Below are positions 40,272-55,104 of a stretch of 64,000 nt of DNA, one piece after another. Each line of letters begins with the position of its first letter. The first letter of the stretch is position 1. Source of the stretch: Phoronis australis (lineage: Eukaryota; Animalia; Phoronida); contig NMRA01000463.1 of the NCBI GenBank assembly GCA_002633005.1, forward strand, positions 252,161 to 316,160. Reading direction: 5' to 3'. The notes beneath the pieces are model-generated. The model was not told the origin of the DNA, searched no databases, and saw only the letters and a program-made list of their open reading frames with translations. The translations under genes were made by a program, and so were the position numbers.

Positions 40272-43200
40272 CTCAACGGCCCACCATCAGAATGACTTAT
40301 TAGACCCGATTTCCACATTTGACATATGTGCGACCGCCCATCTACCAGTAAAAAGGTTCCTGAAGTACGATAACATGCAATTTAATGTAATTAATTTTAA
40401 TTGATGAATAAAGACTATATCAGAAATCACATCTTGATTACTCTTTCACAATTTTTTAAAAAAGCGTTTTCCAATCTTAATTCCTATTAGCTAACGCGCG
40501 TCTGACGTCACTGAGGATGTACCGTGGGTGAAGGCAATAAGATAAATCAAGCACATTACGTATAGCTCATTGGGTGAATGCCTCTTGGCTACTGAACTGT
40601 GCTTAATGTGTATAATTCGTTTGCGATCTCGGCTCTCAAAAGTTCACAATACAAGTTTACTGCCGTGTAGTGTCGACTATTAGTGGAACGATGCCGTTCT
40701 CGGCACGGGCCAGGAATGGGCTCCGACTGCGTAGCTTTACCTTGGTGCGAGCTGTATTGTAAATATACAGTGGCCGTTGCACCGGCGTGGGTAAAAACTG
40801 ATCAAATAAAATTTGGCACAATATTAGTGTTATGAAATTTAAACTTTTCCTTGAGTAAACTAAATTATTGACCGGTGTTGAAAAAACTGGCATTCTGCCG
40901 ATCACTCTGCTGCTAAAATTTGGGTGCGCTCTTTAAGTAAAAAATGAACTTAAGTCAGTTTATTGGAACAGGTCCCTGTTCTGTATTTGACACGTGTTAG
41001 TATGTTTTGGATGAAATGGCGAGGGTTGGATTATAAATTAAAAAGAAAATCTCCAGTTATACCGCACCATTTAAAATATTCTATTTATTGTCTTCAAGGC
41101 ACGCTTTGCCAATGATGCGTAATATATAGTGAGGCCACAATTAGGTCTAGATTGCTACTTAAGTCATGGAACACGGAACTCCAGTGGTGTCCATGTTCTA
41201 TTGATAACAATTTTGAATACGACGTCAAAGGTATTCTTACAAATATAGGAGCATTTGTGGGGGATAAAATTTCGCATTGAAAATATGTATAACAACTTTA
41301 GTATTACTTTCTGTGAAACAAACAAAGACAAACCGACTTTTAAAAGGTAGGCCTACTATAGAAACCTTTACATGGTTCAATCAAGAGTTTGATGTTCTCT
41401 GTGGTGACTATGTAGTCCAGAATTGCGATGCTGAGTTTTCCAATTATGTGCATAATAATGCAAAATCGAATTTAAGATTTCGATCTGAAGAATTCATTTA
41501 ACCTAGTCGATGCATGGAGAGTAATACTAGGATCAAAGTTTCCAGTGGTTTAAAAAACCTCAAAATGGCTAGATTGTATTATTCCCTTGTAAACGGAGAT
41601 CTTCTGAGCACTGTACTAGGTAACGTAACGTATAAACGGGGTATAAAACGGATCACTCAAACATCTTTCTTACTTTAAAAGGGTGGTGGTTTTGGCGCTT
41701 TAATAACTCTGTTAGGAGACGACCAGGTCATAGCTGGAGGTAATACAGTGATTTTATATATTGTTTGTAAACTCCCTTACAATAAGTACCGCTTTCTTAT
41801 GTGAGGTACTTACAGTGATGAGTGTGGGTTTGCTTGCGACCACGTTGTGTCATAGTATATAACAGCAATGACGTCACATCTTATGGTGTGAAAAGTAAGC
41901 AAAATCAAACAAAAACACCCCAAAAAGAAGTAATTTAAAGATGTAACCTTTTTAAGTTTTGTTTCATAAGAGAAAATATCTATTTGGGAGAAATCGCTGC
42001 AGCATTGCAATACTTAATTCAAACAACGCAGAGAAACTATGCAAAAGGTTTGATTCTCCGCTCCATTTGTAAATTAAAGGGAAAGTAAAAAAAAACTACG
42101 AAGTATTTTTCTCCAATCTAGCAAAGTATTTTGATGAAACAACAATTACTAGATTAATTAAGTATTCGGTTAAAATTCTGGGGAACCGAAACGAAATACA
42201 AAACTTCTATCAGTATTTTATTCAACATCATCTACATCGAAGTTTAAAATTTTGAAAATTGAAAATGTTAAAAAGATCAGTGATGTGGATAGAACAAGAC
42301 TAGATTGTGATATTCGTTTATAAGAAATGGATGCAGCGCTAAAAGGGTTAACCGTTGAATTTGATAAATACCTTTGGAGCGAGTTACTTTACATTTTTTG
42401 TTTAGATTATTTAAATATAGTATTAAAAAACTCCTCCTCATTCACAGGTACAGCAAGTAATTAAATTTTTACCAAGGGCCAAAAGCCCCGCAATTTTAAA
42501 AAGAATGGCGCCTTATTTCTGTGCTAAGTATAAACTAACACGTTCTATCCTAATGTTTAGCGTATCAACTAAAATCCCGATTTCCCCACATGTGTTTGTG
42601 TTATGCGCTAAACTCGAGAGATATGGTTAAATTGGCATAGCACGTGAAAAACATACTAAATTCCATTATCCAAAGTGGTTCTTTGCCACTCAAACAGAAT
42701 ATAAAATCTATGAATGTTTCCGGTTGGTTCGTAAAGATTTTGAAGTTCTGTTAATCTGAAAGTATTTTCCCTTTAGCCTCAAATTTCAAAGGAAAATGAT
42801 TTGTCAAGTGCTCGCCACTTTGTCGATTTTTCTCCCACACGGCAAACCACGGCTCCTTATTTGGTATGACAGGACGTAAACGTAGCACCTTTCTCTCATT
42901 ATGTTGTGGAAGAATGTGACTTTTGACCTTTGATGTAAACAAGGGCGAGTTCAAGCCGCGGCCAGTCCGACTTCTTTGAGCGCATGGGCTCATACATATT
43001 ACTAGGGTCGAAAACCTTGAAAAATTCACTGGCATGCAAAGTTTTCGTTTCGTCTATATTTCAAAAACTAGTGGATCTGACTTTTCTCTAAGAACTCTTG
43101 CAATATTCAAAGTGAATAACACTTACGTTAGCATCCCCAAAAAGTAGATTCGCCACAATCTGTTTGAATGGTATTTTTTACAAGTTTTCGAGGTTGATGC

Positions 43201-44556
43201 CTCTTTATAGGTTGTCGTGGAGATAATGACATCCTTTTGGAAGTCGAGAATTTAAAGTAAAAACTCAGCATCACTTAAAAATTGTTGCATCGCTTGGACC
43301 AATTCGCAAACTTCTCTGATCTCAAATTCCTATAAAGATAAGAATTTATCAGGATCGGTTACATGAAATAGAGAACGTCAACCCTGAGTGTTCAAAAACG
43401 TTAAAATGATCGATCAAAACCTAACTTTTCAACATTAGGAATTAATGCCAATATAGATTTATATAAAATTATTGATTTAAATTTTTAGCTAAAATATGTG
43501 TTGTGAAACAAAATCCTGCTGCCATGAGTCGCCCTCAGTCTCACTACCCCAGTGACGTACTTATCAAGAAATAACAAAAACGTTTCTTTGGATTTATATG
43601 GAGTCACATAAAAGATAAAATTGCCAGAAATAAAATAATTAAATAATAATTAAATAATTAAACGCGAAAACCATAGTTTAAACATACATAACTGATATCA
43701 CGTCGTTTACAAAAATTCGAAAAAAAATTCGTTTAATGAACATAATGATTGGGCAAAGAAAGAAATTCTCCAAAATTCAACAAATTTCTACTGGACATCT
43801 GGAAAAAACTATTTTTGAAGGAGATCATGCTTTTAAACTAAGCACAAACATAAAAACGCAAGGGAGGTAATTAACAGGTACTCAAGTATAGTACAAATCC
43901 CGGAAAGGACGACCGATGATCAGACAAGATCAGGAGAGGCTTCCAGGGTAGGGTAAGCTCGATTTGGTACCTGGAAGTCCATATTAAATGTACATAAATA
44001 AAAGGACTCATCAAACCCTCACGTTGATTTTAAATACGGTAGGAAGACACGAATCTAATGAAACAGAACTAGTGTGCGGTACACACCTGTAAGTTGCTCA
44101 TTTAGGAGAGGTTTTTGTGCATGATCGATGAGAATTACAATTGAAAATTTTTAACCGGAATATGTCAATTTCAATATAGCAAATACTGTTATTGTCTGCA
44201 ATTTCTTGTCGATTTTTTCGGCCATTTTGGTGCAGGAATGATCTTGAATGGGCCCGCCCAGCAAGTGCATGGAAAACTGTAGGTAGAGGGAACACACCGC
44301 GGACGTAACGTTGCTCACGAGAATGAGGACGAAAGTCAAAGCGATAAATTTAGCTCATTGACCAAGACATTCGTCCATGAGACACGCGAATTGGTATTAA
44401 GCAATATTTTATCTGGCCTCCCATCGTAGTCTTTCACGACTGGGGTTGTCTTTTTATTAAACAAGAGTGAACCGCAAGCTGGCCTTGTTTCGTTAGCTTT
44501 GTGGGCTACCCACCGTGTGATACATTTACACCCTCTTTTAATAATATGCACCTCTT

Positions 44557-44706
44557 TCATGGGCGGCGAACAACGGCGTGGGAGCTGGGGGATTATAGTC
44601 CTCCACTTATTTCAGTGTTGCGCCGCCCATTGGCATGGACGGCACGCACCATTGGGGGCTGGGGGGGGGTTGCTAAAGGCCCCCTAATATTGCAGTGCTG
44701 CGCCTC
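44557..44706. repeat. Two adjacent short GC-rich MITE-like units; related copy at 61826-61895 in opposite orientation
   Basis: CATGGGCGGCG...CGCCGCCCATTG ends; second unit's reverse complement resembles GAGGCGCAGCA...GGTGCGCCGCCCATG. Confidence 0.45.
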
Positions 44707-45885
44707 ACTTCTTTTTATATTGCCACCTTGTATTTCACTGTTTATTTTGCGTAGTATATGTTCATTTCACTTGTTCATTTTTACCTGATGATTAGATATG
44801 CGGTCACGAAAATTAGCGAGTGTTTTAATTCGTTTGCCTGTTAAGTCCTTCGGAATTTTGCTTTCTGCGTCTAAAGATAGCAGAAAATTATAGACACTAT
44901 GAGCGAATTTGTGTTAAGCTTTCAATCATAAAGTCCAGAAGTGTTTTCAACAAAGTTTGTGTTAACGAAGGGATGCCACCGAACTATACTGAAAACACTG
45001 TGAGACATTCATTCGAAAATTCGCAATTGTTATAATGTTCTAACACGTAAATTTCTATTACAGAGGGACTTGGCAGCTGTGACCGGCCATCGAGAACACG
45101 AAAGTGAAATATTCATTGACCACGGACAGGCGCTTCATATTTCGGTTGGTATCGCGGGTTTGGTATATGGCATAATACGACAAAGCACTGACCATCAAAT
45201 ACAGAGTATATCACGTGTTGTTAAAAGATAATAATTCCTCTGCGACTAACTTAAAATCTTCGTGAATCCAAAAAACAAAGTTGGTTCTGATATCATCGCA
45301 GTTTCGTTTTGAGACTTGCGTCTCGTTATTTAAAGAAACAAAATCACCCCAAGACTCCCATGCAGGTAAGCTTTCAAGCGCTGGCTGGCCGTCAATGGCA
45401 AGGTATGCGCACTCTTAAGTCACGTGCATAAGTTGGCCATTTTAGGTTGACTAACTGCTTAATGGCACCCGGAATTTTAAGCAGTGCATGGGTTTCCAGC
45501 CCTTAATTGGCATGTGTTTCTGCGTTTTCCAGTCACCATGCTAGATGCAGTTCCGCCTCGTTCTGAAACTTGCGAAATCATTCTGGCACGTGACCTACTG
45601 TATTTGAAAAAAGGACAAATTTTACAGCAAACTGCGAAACGATCAAATAAGTTGGTTCGTTCTCTTTTGTTGCCCAACATACGGTTGCTATTCTTTTGAA
45701 ATAACAACGACTTTAATCACCTGCAAACATAACATGTTCAATGCCAATCAGAATGTGAAATGCATGATAGTAGAACAAAATGAACAAACTACAAATTTAC
45801 AACAAAGAATGTTTCAATAACATGTACTTATCGACTGGTACTTAAACTAGAAAGTGATTTTTGTTCAAATTCTGCCATTTTGCAG

Positions 45886-47738
45886 AAGTATGGGCCTACA
45901 GGCGTGACGAACACGGACGAGAAGGGTCTGGACCCCAATGCCTACCTAGGTGACATCCTGCTTACGGATGCAGAAAAGGAGGTAATTGGTGTAAGCATTC
46001 CTTACGCACTTTATGCAACCGCAAGAGACTCTTGCAGGCCCACCTAAATTGGCCACAGCCGTTGCAAAGTTAACAGAGCGTGAGCCAGTTTCATTCTATA
46101 CTGGAATTGCTGGCACCCCTAAATTTTAGTTTAAGCATTCTGTGACTCTCCGTCTCTACCTATCCGCCTCTCTCTCCTCCGTCCCTTCCCCCTTCCCCTC
46201 CCCCTCCCCCTGCAGGTTCAGCCCTAGCGTCACCGGAGAATATTCAGGTTTTGATGACGACACCGTCCTCGAGCGAAGGCGGGCGGCAAATGTTCGCGTT
46301 TTTATACGACAGTATGCTATTATTAGCTTGCATAAACTATTGGAAGTCGTTAGTGCTCGGTTTTGCTGGCATCATCTGTACGTGAACATTCTGTAGCCAC
46401 AACTTCCACCTTCTCAGTCATCGCCAATCTCCCACACTACCCCACCATAGGTGTGGAAGTTTTCTATTTGGAGGCAAGCCACGGCGAGGCAGCCACTGGG
46501 AATGGCTATTCTGCTCCAACAAACTTTTGCTCGCTCTCCAGATCCGTATAGCCGTATAATCCGAAATAGAGTCATCGTCTGTTGGCTAAATTTGTTTACA
46601 CGATCAGCGGCTTGTGTAGCTGCTACAAAATTCAGATGATCACGTACAGCGACACCTGGCAACTAAATAGTGATTTTCCAAGGCTCACCAGGTAACATCA
46701 CCTCAACAGAAATCCTCCGGAAATCGGTAGACAGAAGTATCAGTAATAGTTGACGTAAAATGGATATATATATACATATACATATGCATATATATATATA
46801 TATATATATATATACACGCACACATATATCTATATGTATATGTATATATGTAGCCAGTGTAGTAGTATTTGTACCGGAAAAGACGCTTTTCCAAAACTGT
46901 ACAGTTATGTACAGCACCAAATTGCCCCAAGATCCCAGGTTCATAAGTTACCACAGTCCGTGTCATTCTAAAACTGTCATATTGGTTACTTTTTCTTGAT
47001 TCATTTCAGCAAATCGCCAAACGAAGAGTTGTCGACAGCGCGTATTTGTGGCCAAATGTCGTTATACCGTGGACGTTCGACGCCAGCCGCTCGTTTGAGC
47101 ACCAAGCCTCACGTGACAAAATTTGGGACGCCATTTACCATTGGCAGAATTTGACTTGCCTACGATTCCCTTACGGGAACACCTACTCAAGTTATCTGAA
47201 TATTGGCACAGGATCGGGGTACGACATTTTTATCAAACTAAACCACCCAGTAGTGTGGCAGTCGGTGTACACAGATGCTATCATGCAAAATTGGATTCTA
47301 CCGGTAGCGCTTTTCGGAGCTCACTCCGTCGTCATGGGGACGCTTACAGTGTTTTCGCCATGACAGATCTCAAACTTACCGCTGTTACTGCTTGGGTACC
47401 TAATGTAATATTTAGGTCAGTGACATATTTAAGTATTCCCACTGGCGAGGCACGTGTGTCTAATTCGGGAGAGAAAAAGGTGACCTAGGTTCGACGCAAA
47501 TTTTCAGAAGTTGAGACCAGCCTAATCTATAGGAAAAAAATTCATACAAGAATGTGGATAATTTTGACGATCTTAGTGCGCCTGAGTGGTCTTCAAATTG
47601 AAATATTCAAATATGTAGCCTTCTTTTGATACTGTGAATTGTATCATTTATATTTAGATGCAGTTCGTACGTAGGTCACCACTCTGGCCCCAGACCATCG
47701 ACTTACTGGAATATGAAAATGGACTAAGCTGCTTATGG
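45886..47738 (+). pseudogene. Astacin gene 2: partial paralog of gene 1 (exons 45886-45981, 47010-47218, 47658-47738)
   Basis: Propeptide ...DPNAYLGDILLTDAEKE; QIAKRR...WPNVVIPWTFD...AIYHWQNLTCLRFPY...; GCSSYVGHHSGP/QTIDL...SCLW with a 1-bp frameshift at C4 47688-47691; intron phases match gene 1; no HEXXH exon found downstream, so pseudogene status is uncertain. Confidence 0.75.
46764..46852. repeat. Compound AT/AC microsatellite
   Basis: Imperfect (TA)n with CA/TG interruptions. Confidence 0.9.
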
Positions 47739-49542
47739 GTGAGTACACGGCTACATTCCATAGACCGCATTACGTTATTTTGCACTTGCATCAAGTCAAT
47801 CCCAGAATTCAACAATCTATCCTCACCGACCAATTACTACCTTGTCCTCCATTTCACTATGATAGTCTGCTTGTACATTGCCAAGCATACTGGTTAAAAC
47901 TCGCCTATTATTCACGTGAGTGTGCGAGATTGAGTGAGGTCTTGTTTTCCTAAAAAATACTGTCGTCTAAAGCACTTCTGTTTTTGACTTTTCCCTCGCT
48001 TAAAATTTGAGTTCCACTTTCTTCCCACTTATGCATGCTCAAAGGCATATGTGAATACGTCAATGAATGCATTTCGCCATGTTTAAATGATTAAAAGTGA
48101 AAATCGAACTCGCCTTTCGATTTCACTACAATTTTTATCATGAAAAGACATTATTTTCGTTACCAACAAAAACGTCAAAACCACCAGCGATTCAAGAACA
48201 CTCCTGGTGAAACAGTTAAAGACCAAGGTTGTTCACATTTTGATAAAAGTAAAAAATTGTTGTGTTAGTCAAATTCGATGTGCTTGTAGAAATTAAAAGA
48301 CCATCATAGTAAATAGCTACTATCTTGAATTTTGAAAAGTGGTGATTCAGCAATTTTTATATCGCATTTTTTATGTATTTATCATACAAAATCACAAACT
48401 TTAACGTAAAATCGTACATAATGAGCCACAGGAAGCACGTGTAATTTTTTCCAACGAAGAAAAGTGACTGCATTCATATTGCATTTTAAAATGGCGGCCA
48501 AAGGATCATTTTACATGTAAGTACATATGTACTGGTTGCTCATCTCATAGAAAGGTGACATTTTTGTCGAAACTTTCACGAGGCTGGTGATTTAAACTGA
48601 AGAAGCAATCATTACTTTCCAAACCCTGCCAATTATCAGTCATATTGGATTTTAAAACGGCGATCATATTGACTGAGTCAAAGTTTGGATTTTGGTTCAA
48701 AATTTTCACTTCGTGATGGAGTAATGAAAGTTGGTTCACATGTCAATTTGAAACGCCTTGAACATCGGCACAAATTGTCGCCCCCAAAGTGTTGGAAGAT
48801 AGCCAGGTTCTTTACAAAGGTAGTTTGGTAGGTATTCGGATCCCAAGTATGAGAGAGGCCCATGAAATTATAAAAAATGCAAAACCAGGATGTATCAAGT
48901 TGAACAAGGAAAAGATTCAGGATGGTTGGTTACGATAACCACGCCTTGTTTGAAGCATCGTTGACTTTGCAAACAATAACATTTGTGATACTAAGACCGT
49001 ACTTCACTCCTCTCAACTCTCGGCAGCCCCACATCTCGAACTCTGGATCGTAATTCATACACCCTGGAACACCCACCTCATCTCATCGACGGAGGAGTAC
49101 TTCGTCAAAGTTAAGATTTTCCCATACATTTGCTTACACCAACATGCAGTACCGCGTACAGTTGTAGGTCTACTGTACATCCACTCAACCGCTCAATTTT
49201 GCTGAAAGTGAACGCTTTTAGGGGTCGATAATATGTGTCATCAAATGGCAGCATATATTCTCAATCTCTACACGTAATGTCGCACCTTGACGACGAAAAC
49301 ATGTACCGGGTTCTACATTGTATGCAGTGATCGACGACCGGGTGACAATTTGAATCAATGTTAACGGTACAAATGCCACACTCGGCACCTGTTGTCGTCT
49401 GGGAGACAGACAATATGTGTCACAACCCATGCCAAGAAAAAATTAAGATCTGTTCTGTGAGTTGCTTAACATTAACATAGACATACATGTATCTGTCCAA
49501 CGGTACTGTGACATAACGTCGCCTTTTCATGTTTTGATAAAA

Positions 49543-49646
<104 letters not shown>

Positions 49647-49649
49647 GCT

Positions 49650-52224
49650 GACGTACAGAGTTATTTACCCTCGACCATAGATTCAAGTGTAGAAAGTTTA
49701 ATGGAAGCCATTAAATTATGTGCTGCAGACATGTTAAAACCAAAAGTGAACATATCTTATAACCCAGTTAGTTTTCCCAAATGGTTTGACACTGAGTGTA
49801 GGGAAATGAGAGCTGTCGTTAGGCAAAAATTAAGTAATTTTAGATTCAGTATTGGAACACTGAGAGAAAACATTTGCCGAACTCTATATGTACAAGCTAG
49901 AAGGGATTATGGAAACTTAAAAAAAGTGAAAAAGATAGAGTGTAACAGAAAACATTACAAAACTTTGAAATCAGCTGTGGAGAGTAAAGACAGTAAAAAA
50001 TTCTGGCGCGCATTTAATATTAAGAAGAAAGGTGTATCAACGAATATTAAACCGGAGGAATGGATAAATTATTTCAGCTCTCTGTTCGAAGGCCAATATT
50101 TTGTTACTAATCCGGAGTTCGCTGAGTTTCATGCTTTTATTGAGAACTCAGTAAAAAATGACATCAATTCAAGTAATGCAGTTGTTGATATGGAGTTGGA
50201 CGCTGAAATCACAAAAGACGAAATTATACAAACCATCGGTAGTATGAAAGATGGAACTTCGCCAGGATGTGATAAAATTAGCATTGAGTTCTACAAGTAT
50301 GCTGATAAAAAGTTGGTAGATTCGCTGTTCCAGCTTTACAACTACTTTTTTAAAAATGGTGTGTTTCCAAAAGAATGGACAAAATCCATTATAGTACCGA
50401 TATTTAAGGGCGGTACCAAAATTCCTGAAAATTTCAGAGGAATATCCCTCATGCAAGTCACGGCCAAAATATTCGAAAAAATATTGTGCCAGCGACTTCA
50501 AAAATGGTCGGAAAGAGAAAACGTAATTAGTATGTCTCAAGCTGCGTTTAGGAAAGGACACAGTACGGTGGATCACATGTTTGCTTTATATACGTTAATA
50601 ATTAAATATTTGACACGAGATAAAGGTAGATTCTATTGTGCTTTCGTGGATTTTAAGGCAGCTTATGACAGTATATATAGAAGCGCATTGTATTTTAAAT
50701 TAAGAAACAATCGCATAGAAGGTAAGATGTATAAGATAATAAAAGCAATGTACGCTGAAGTAAAAGCGTGCGTGAAAATGAGTAACGGAAGCTACACGGA
50801 GTTCTTTGATTGTCATAATGGTCTAAAACAAGGCTCTCAGCTATCACCGTTTTTGTTTATTTTATTTATAAACGATCTCGAACAAGAATTAGAATCCGGG
50901 GGAGGTGAAACAATTTCCATGGGATCAGCTGAATTATTGCATCTGCTGTTTGCTGATGATTTGGTTTTATTTTCTTATAGTGTGAAAGGACTGCAGAAAA
51001 AATTGAACATTTTATATGAGTATAGTCAGAAATGGAAATTGATTGTTAACATGTCGAAGACTAAGATAATTGTTTTCAGAAAACGTGGAATGTTACGATC
51101 GTATGAAAAATGGACGTATGATGGGAATACTGTTAATATTGTAAATGCATACAAATATCTAGTATTAATATTTACTACGAAAGGTTTGTGGTCTTGCGCA
51201 CAGAAAACTCTATCATTACAGGCTACTAAGGCAGTGAATTTAATGAGAAAAATGTCAATGGTTTTAATGCACTCCCTGTTAAAGTTAGATTAAAATTATT
51301 CGATTGTAAAATATTGCCGATACTTCATTATGGTTGTGAGATCTGGGGTTTTCGTGATTACGAATGTATAGAAATAGTCCACAGAAAATTTTGTAAAGAA
51401 ATTTTGAATTTGCCTAGCACGGCAATTTCATCGACTGCTAGAGGTGATTGCTTACCGACTTCCTAGGATTATGAAATATTGGTTAAAACTATTGAGAACC
51501 GATGAGTCAAAAATTACATATCATTGGTATGAATGGCAGTACAATATGACGGAAAATCTTAATAAACCGTGCTGGGTTAATGATGTTAAGAAATTGCTAT
51601 TTCAGTTTGGTTTTGGAGAGGCATGGTATAATCAGGGTGTAGGTTCCGAGACAAGCTTCATATCACTTTTTAAACAAAGATGAAAAGATATTGATCAGCA
51701 AAAATGGCAAGATATTTTGAACAATTCGATTAAGCTGGAAAATTACAGAACTTTTAAGTTAAATATATGTTTTGAAAACTATTTGGATGTAATTGACAAT
51801 GTAAATGTTAGATCTGATATGGTAAGATTGAGATGTTCAGCGCATGCACTAATGATCGAAAAGGGTAGACACTTGAAACTTAGCACAACAGAAAGGTTAT
51901 GCTCTCTCTGTGTTAGGACATATGTCGAGTCAGAATATCATTTTGTTATCGAATGCCCATTCTACGATGACCTAAGGAAACGATATTTGCCTGCATGGAG
52001 CTACAACAACCCCAATGTTACAAAATTCAACAGACGCATGACTGTGGAGGAAAAAGATCTGATATGGTCAACATGTAAATATGTTCATTTTGCATTCGAG
52101 CGAAGAAGAATTCTGTTTACTTCTAGTGTTTGACACTAACCTTTATTGTATTTGATGATTTGATTGTAACAAGGGCCGGAGGCCTAGTTATTGAATAAAT
52201 ATACTATACTATACTGTATACTAT
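49650..52224 (+). mobile_element. 5'-truncated non-LTR retrotransposon (RTE-X-like LINE) with intact RT domain and disrupted C-terminus
   Basis: FVDFKAAYDS, GLKQGSQLSPFLF, LLFADD, YGCEIWG (after a frameshift), C-terminal CSLC...ESEYHFVIECPFY; AATAAA then an (ATACT)n tail; no endonuclease domain. Confidence 0.9.
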
Positions 52225-52259
52225 GCAGAATCGGTTAAACGCACGACACTTTTCATTGT

Positions 52260-53510
52260 TCACAGTCGTATTGAGTAATTGGTGTGCAAGGTGGCAAATG
52301 TCTGTAAATTTTTCCAAGACTGATGTGGTTCATTCTCGCAAGAGGGGACAGGTAAGAACGAGTTTTGAATTCATTTTGTGCGATCGCATTTTGAATTTAA
52401 AAGAATTTTATAAGTATTTGGGTGTAACTCTGAATGAGTTTATGGATTTCAGTTTGACAGCTGAGGTACTGGCAGACTCCACGTCCAGAGCGTTGGGAGC
52501 TCTGGTGAGCAAGTACAAACATATTGGTAACATGGGTTTCAACAGTTACAGTAAATGTTTTGAAATGACCGTAGCTTCAATTCTAGAATATGGATCTGGA
52601 ATTAGGGATACTTTCAATACTCCAAATGTGAAATGATCAGAACGAGAGCACTACGTATATTTTAGGGGTCCACAAGTATGCTGCCAATGCAGTACTTTAT
52701 GGCGACTCGGGTTGGCCAAATTCACACTACAAACAACAGGAAAATATGCTACGGCTCTGGAATCGTTTAGTTCTAATGGATGAAAGCAGAATTGCAAAAA
52801 AAATCTTTTTATGGGACCTTAAACATCGTAACTCCTGCAACTGGTCAAATTCAACATTTAAAATTATGGAGAAGTGCGACTTTTTAGAAAATTTCAGGAA
52901 CAGACAAGTTGTGTCTCTTGAAAACTTCAGAACATTCAGGTTCCAGTTAGAGGAGTTAAATTGGTTAAAAATAATCACTGAGAAACCAAAACTGCACTTA
53001 TACATGTATAGATCTATTAAGAATGACTATTGTGTAGAAGAGTATTTACGTCTGCCGGTGTCTCAGAGGTCCGTCGTAGCTCGATTGAGAGCAGGTATTC
53101 TACCATTAGAGGTTGAGGTGGGGCGGTACTTCGGAATTCCTGTGAATAAACGGATTTGTCGTGTTTGTAAAAAAGGAATTGAAGATGAAGTTCATTTCAT
53201 TTTTGATTGTGAAAAATATACTCACATTCGACCATATTTTTAGGGCGTTCTTCCCTACCTCAAATATTCCAAAATAACTTGAAAGGTCTAGCGAAATTCA
53301 TTCAAGACGCTTTTCAGGTTAGAAGTAATTGTTTGTTTATAAACTAGTCTGAAGTGGTCATATTTGAGCTTGTGCAATTTGTTATGTAATGATTTAATAA
53401 TTATTAGGTGACTGAGTAAGCCCGTTGAGGCTGGGGGTGTGGTGAATGATCTGTCTTTAATATTGTATTTACTGGTACCCTGATCTCACTATAATAAATA
53501 AATACATACA
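52260..53510 (+). mobile_element. Second 5'-truncated LINE of a related but different family (post-RT region only)
   Basis: NWCARWQMSVNFSKT, YKYLGV, ILEYGSGI, RLRAGILPLEVEVGRY...CRVC...EDEVHFIFDC; AATAAATAAATACATACA tail. Confidence 0.85.
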
Positions 53511-55104
53511 ACTGGGGGAACTGTTGTAAATAAGCCCACTCTGACCCTGGCAAGAATCAGCTGCCACTTTCAGTTTCAGCACTGTCACTGAACGGGACTG
53601 GATCGGTGACTTTAACATATCTCAAATGGCTTGCTATGGACTAGGTGCAATCAGTTAGTGCTTCAATTGCTAGCTGCATGGTTTCGATATTCCTTTGAAG
53701 CTCCATAAACCAGATTTGAAGGATTATGCCTACGAACACACTATATTAACTACTTCCACCACCTCATCAGCCATATTTTCTTCAGCGATATCAGAGACAC
53801 CTGAAGGGCTCTTCATCCAAATGGCAATTCACAGTGTAAAAAAAACTAAAAAAATATTTTCATTGAATTTTGTTTGCTAAGAAATAACCCCAATAATTTA
53901 ACAACCATTTGAGCACTTTTAAATCTCAAAACTCAGCATTTTCTATGACTAATAGCTATTCTCACAAGTGCTCACTTTGGCTGAGGTGGCTGCGAACAAT
54001 TGCTCATTGCTATATAGAGACATGTGTGAGCCGGTGGTTTTGATGCCAAATATCTATTCCACTAAGATAGATCAAACCCACAAATAAGTTTCGAAGTGTA
54101 AAATGTGGCTTCAGCTGAGATTGACTCATTCAAACCTGGGCAAGTTATCCGTGTTTTCTGCTTGTATGACCCAATGACCCTTCCAACCCGTAATGTGGAA
54201 TTTAAGGTGCAACTTAACACTTTTATTTTTCATTTTACGAAGACAATGGATGACTTTATACGAAACAGTAGCTATTTCCTTTTCTAGTAGCTTCTGTGAT
54301 TACTTACAATGTCACAAAAACTGTGATTATTGGGGTAAGTTCTGATAGTGATTTTCAGTGAAAACTGAGGTACCCGACTTTTAAACTACCTAACGCGATA
54401 GAATTTGTTTAAAGTGCATTTTAGTAATTACCACAAGAAAGTAAACAAAAATGCATAATATGATCCAAATCCGTCACATAGGGTTTATAACCCCTGTAGG
54501 GATTTTTGCCTGGTCTGAAGTGTACTGCACTCTTAAAAACAAATCCCTGGACTAGCGCTCGACTGGATTTGGAATCTAGCAGATGCCGAGACAAAGGCGT
54601 CCAGACAAGTGAAACTCCGGAGTCCAAATGAGACATGCGTTCACTATAGACAAAGGTCTGAAACGTACAGGTACGTATCTTAGAACAAGTATAACTGTGT
54701 TTAACTTTGGAGTAATCCAGCAACATTGCTAAGATTAGCTACAAGTGTGGCCGTCCACATACATGTAGGTTACATGAAATACATCACTTTTCAGCTTAGG
54801 GAATGCCCGAAAAAAGAAGGGGTATTCTCCTCGAGCTTTATAACGGCTTTCAGAATTTTTGAGCCCTCTACTAAAGCTTTACCGACAACGTGTTGTTTGG
54901 CGGCTTTGGAACTCAGACGAAGGTGTGTCAAGAATGCGGATTTCTGATTGGCCAGTATGCTGTCAGTCATAATCTTGGCGATAGGTCAATTAGGGAAAAC
55001 ATCTGGGGCACGGATCCGGGATGTAACGACCCATTGTATTTTTAAATTTAACTAGACTGGATGAGAGTTTCGTGAGAGGAGTTGACCGATGATAAAATCT
55101 TTCA

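Noticed and set aside
40691-45144. Candidate upstream exons of gene 2 (40691-40790, 44283-44393, 45064-45144)
   Set aside because: Plausible splice sites but no diagnostic motif, and the first candidate has an in-frame stop; needs transcript data
46142-46999. Cluster of overlapping short ORFs in a gene 2 intron
   Set aside because: Largely produced by a C/T tract and a microsatellite; no recognisable domain
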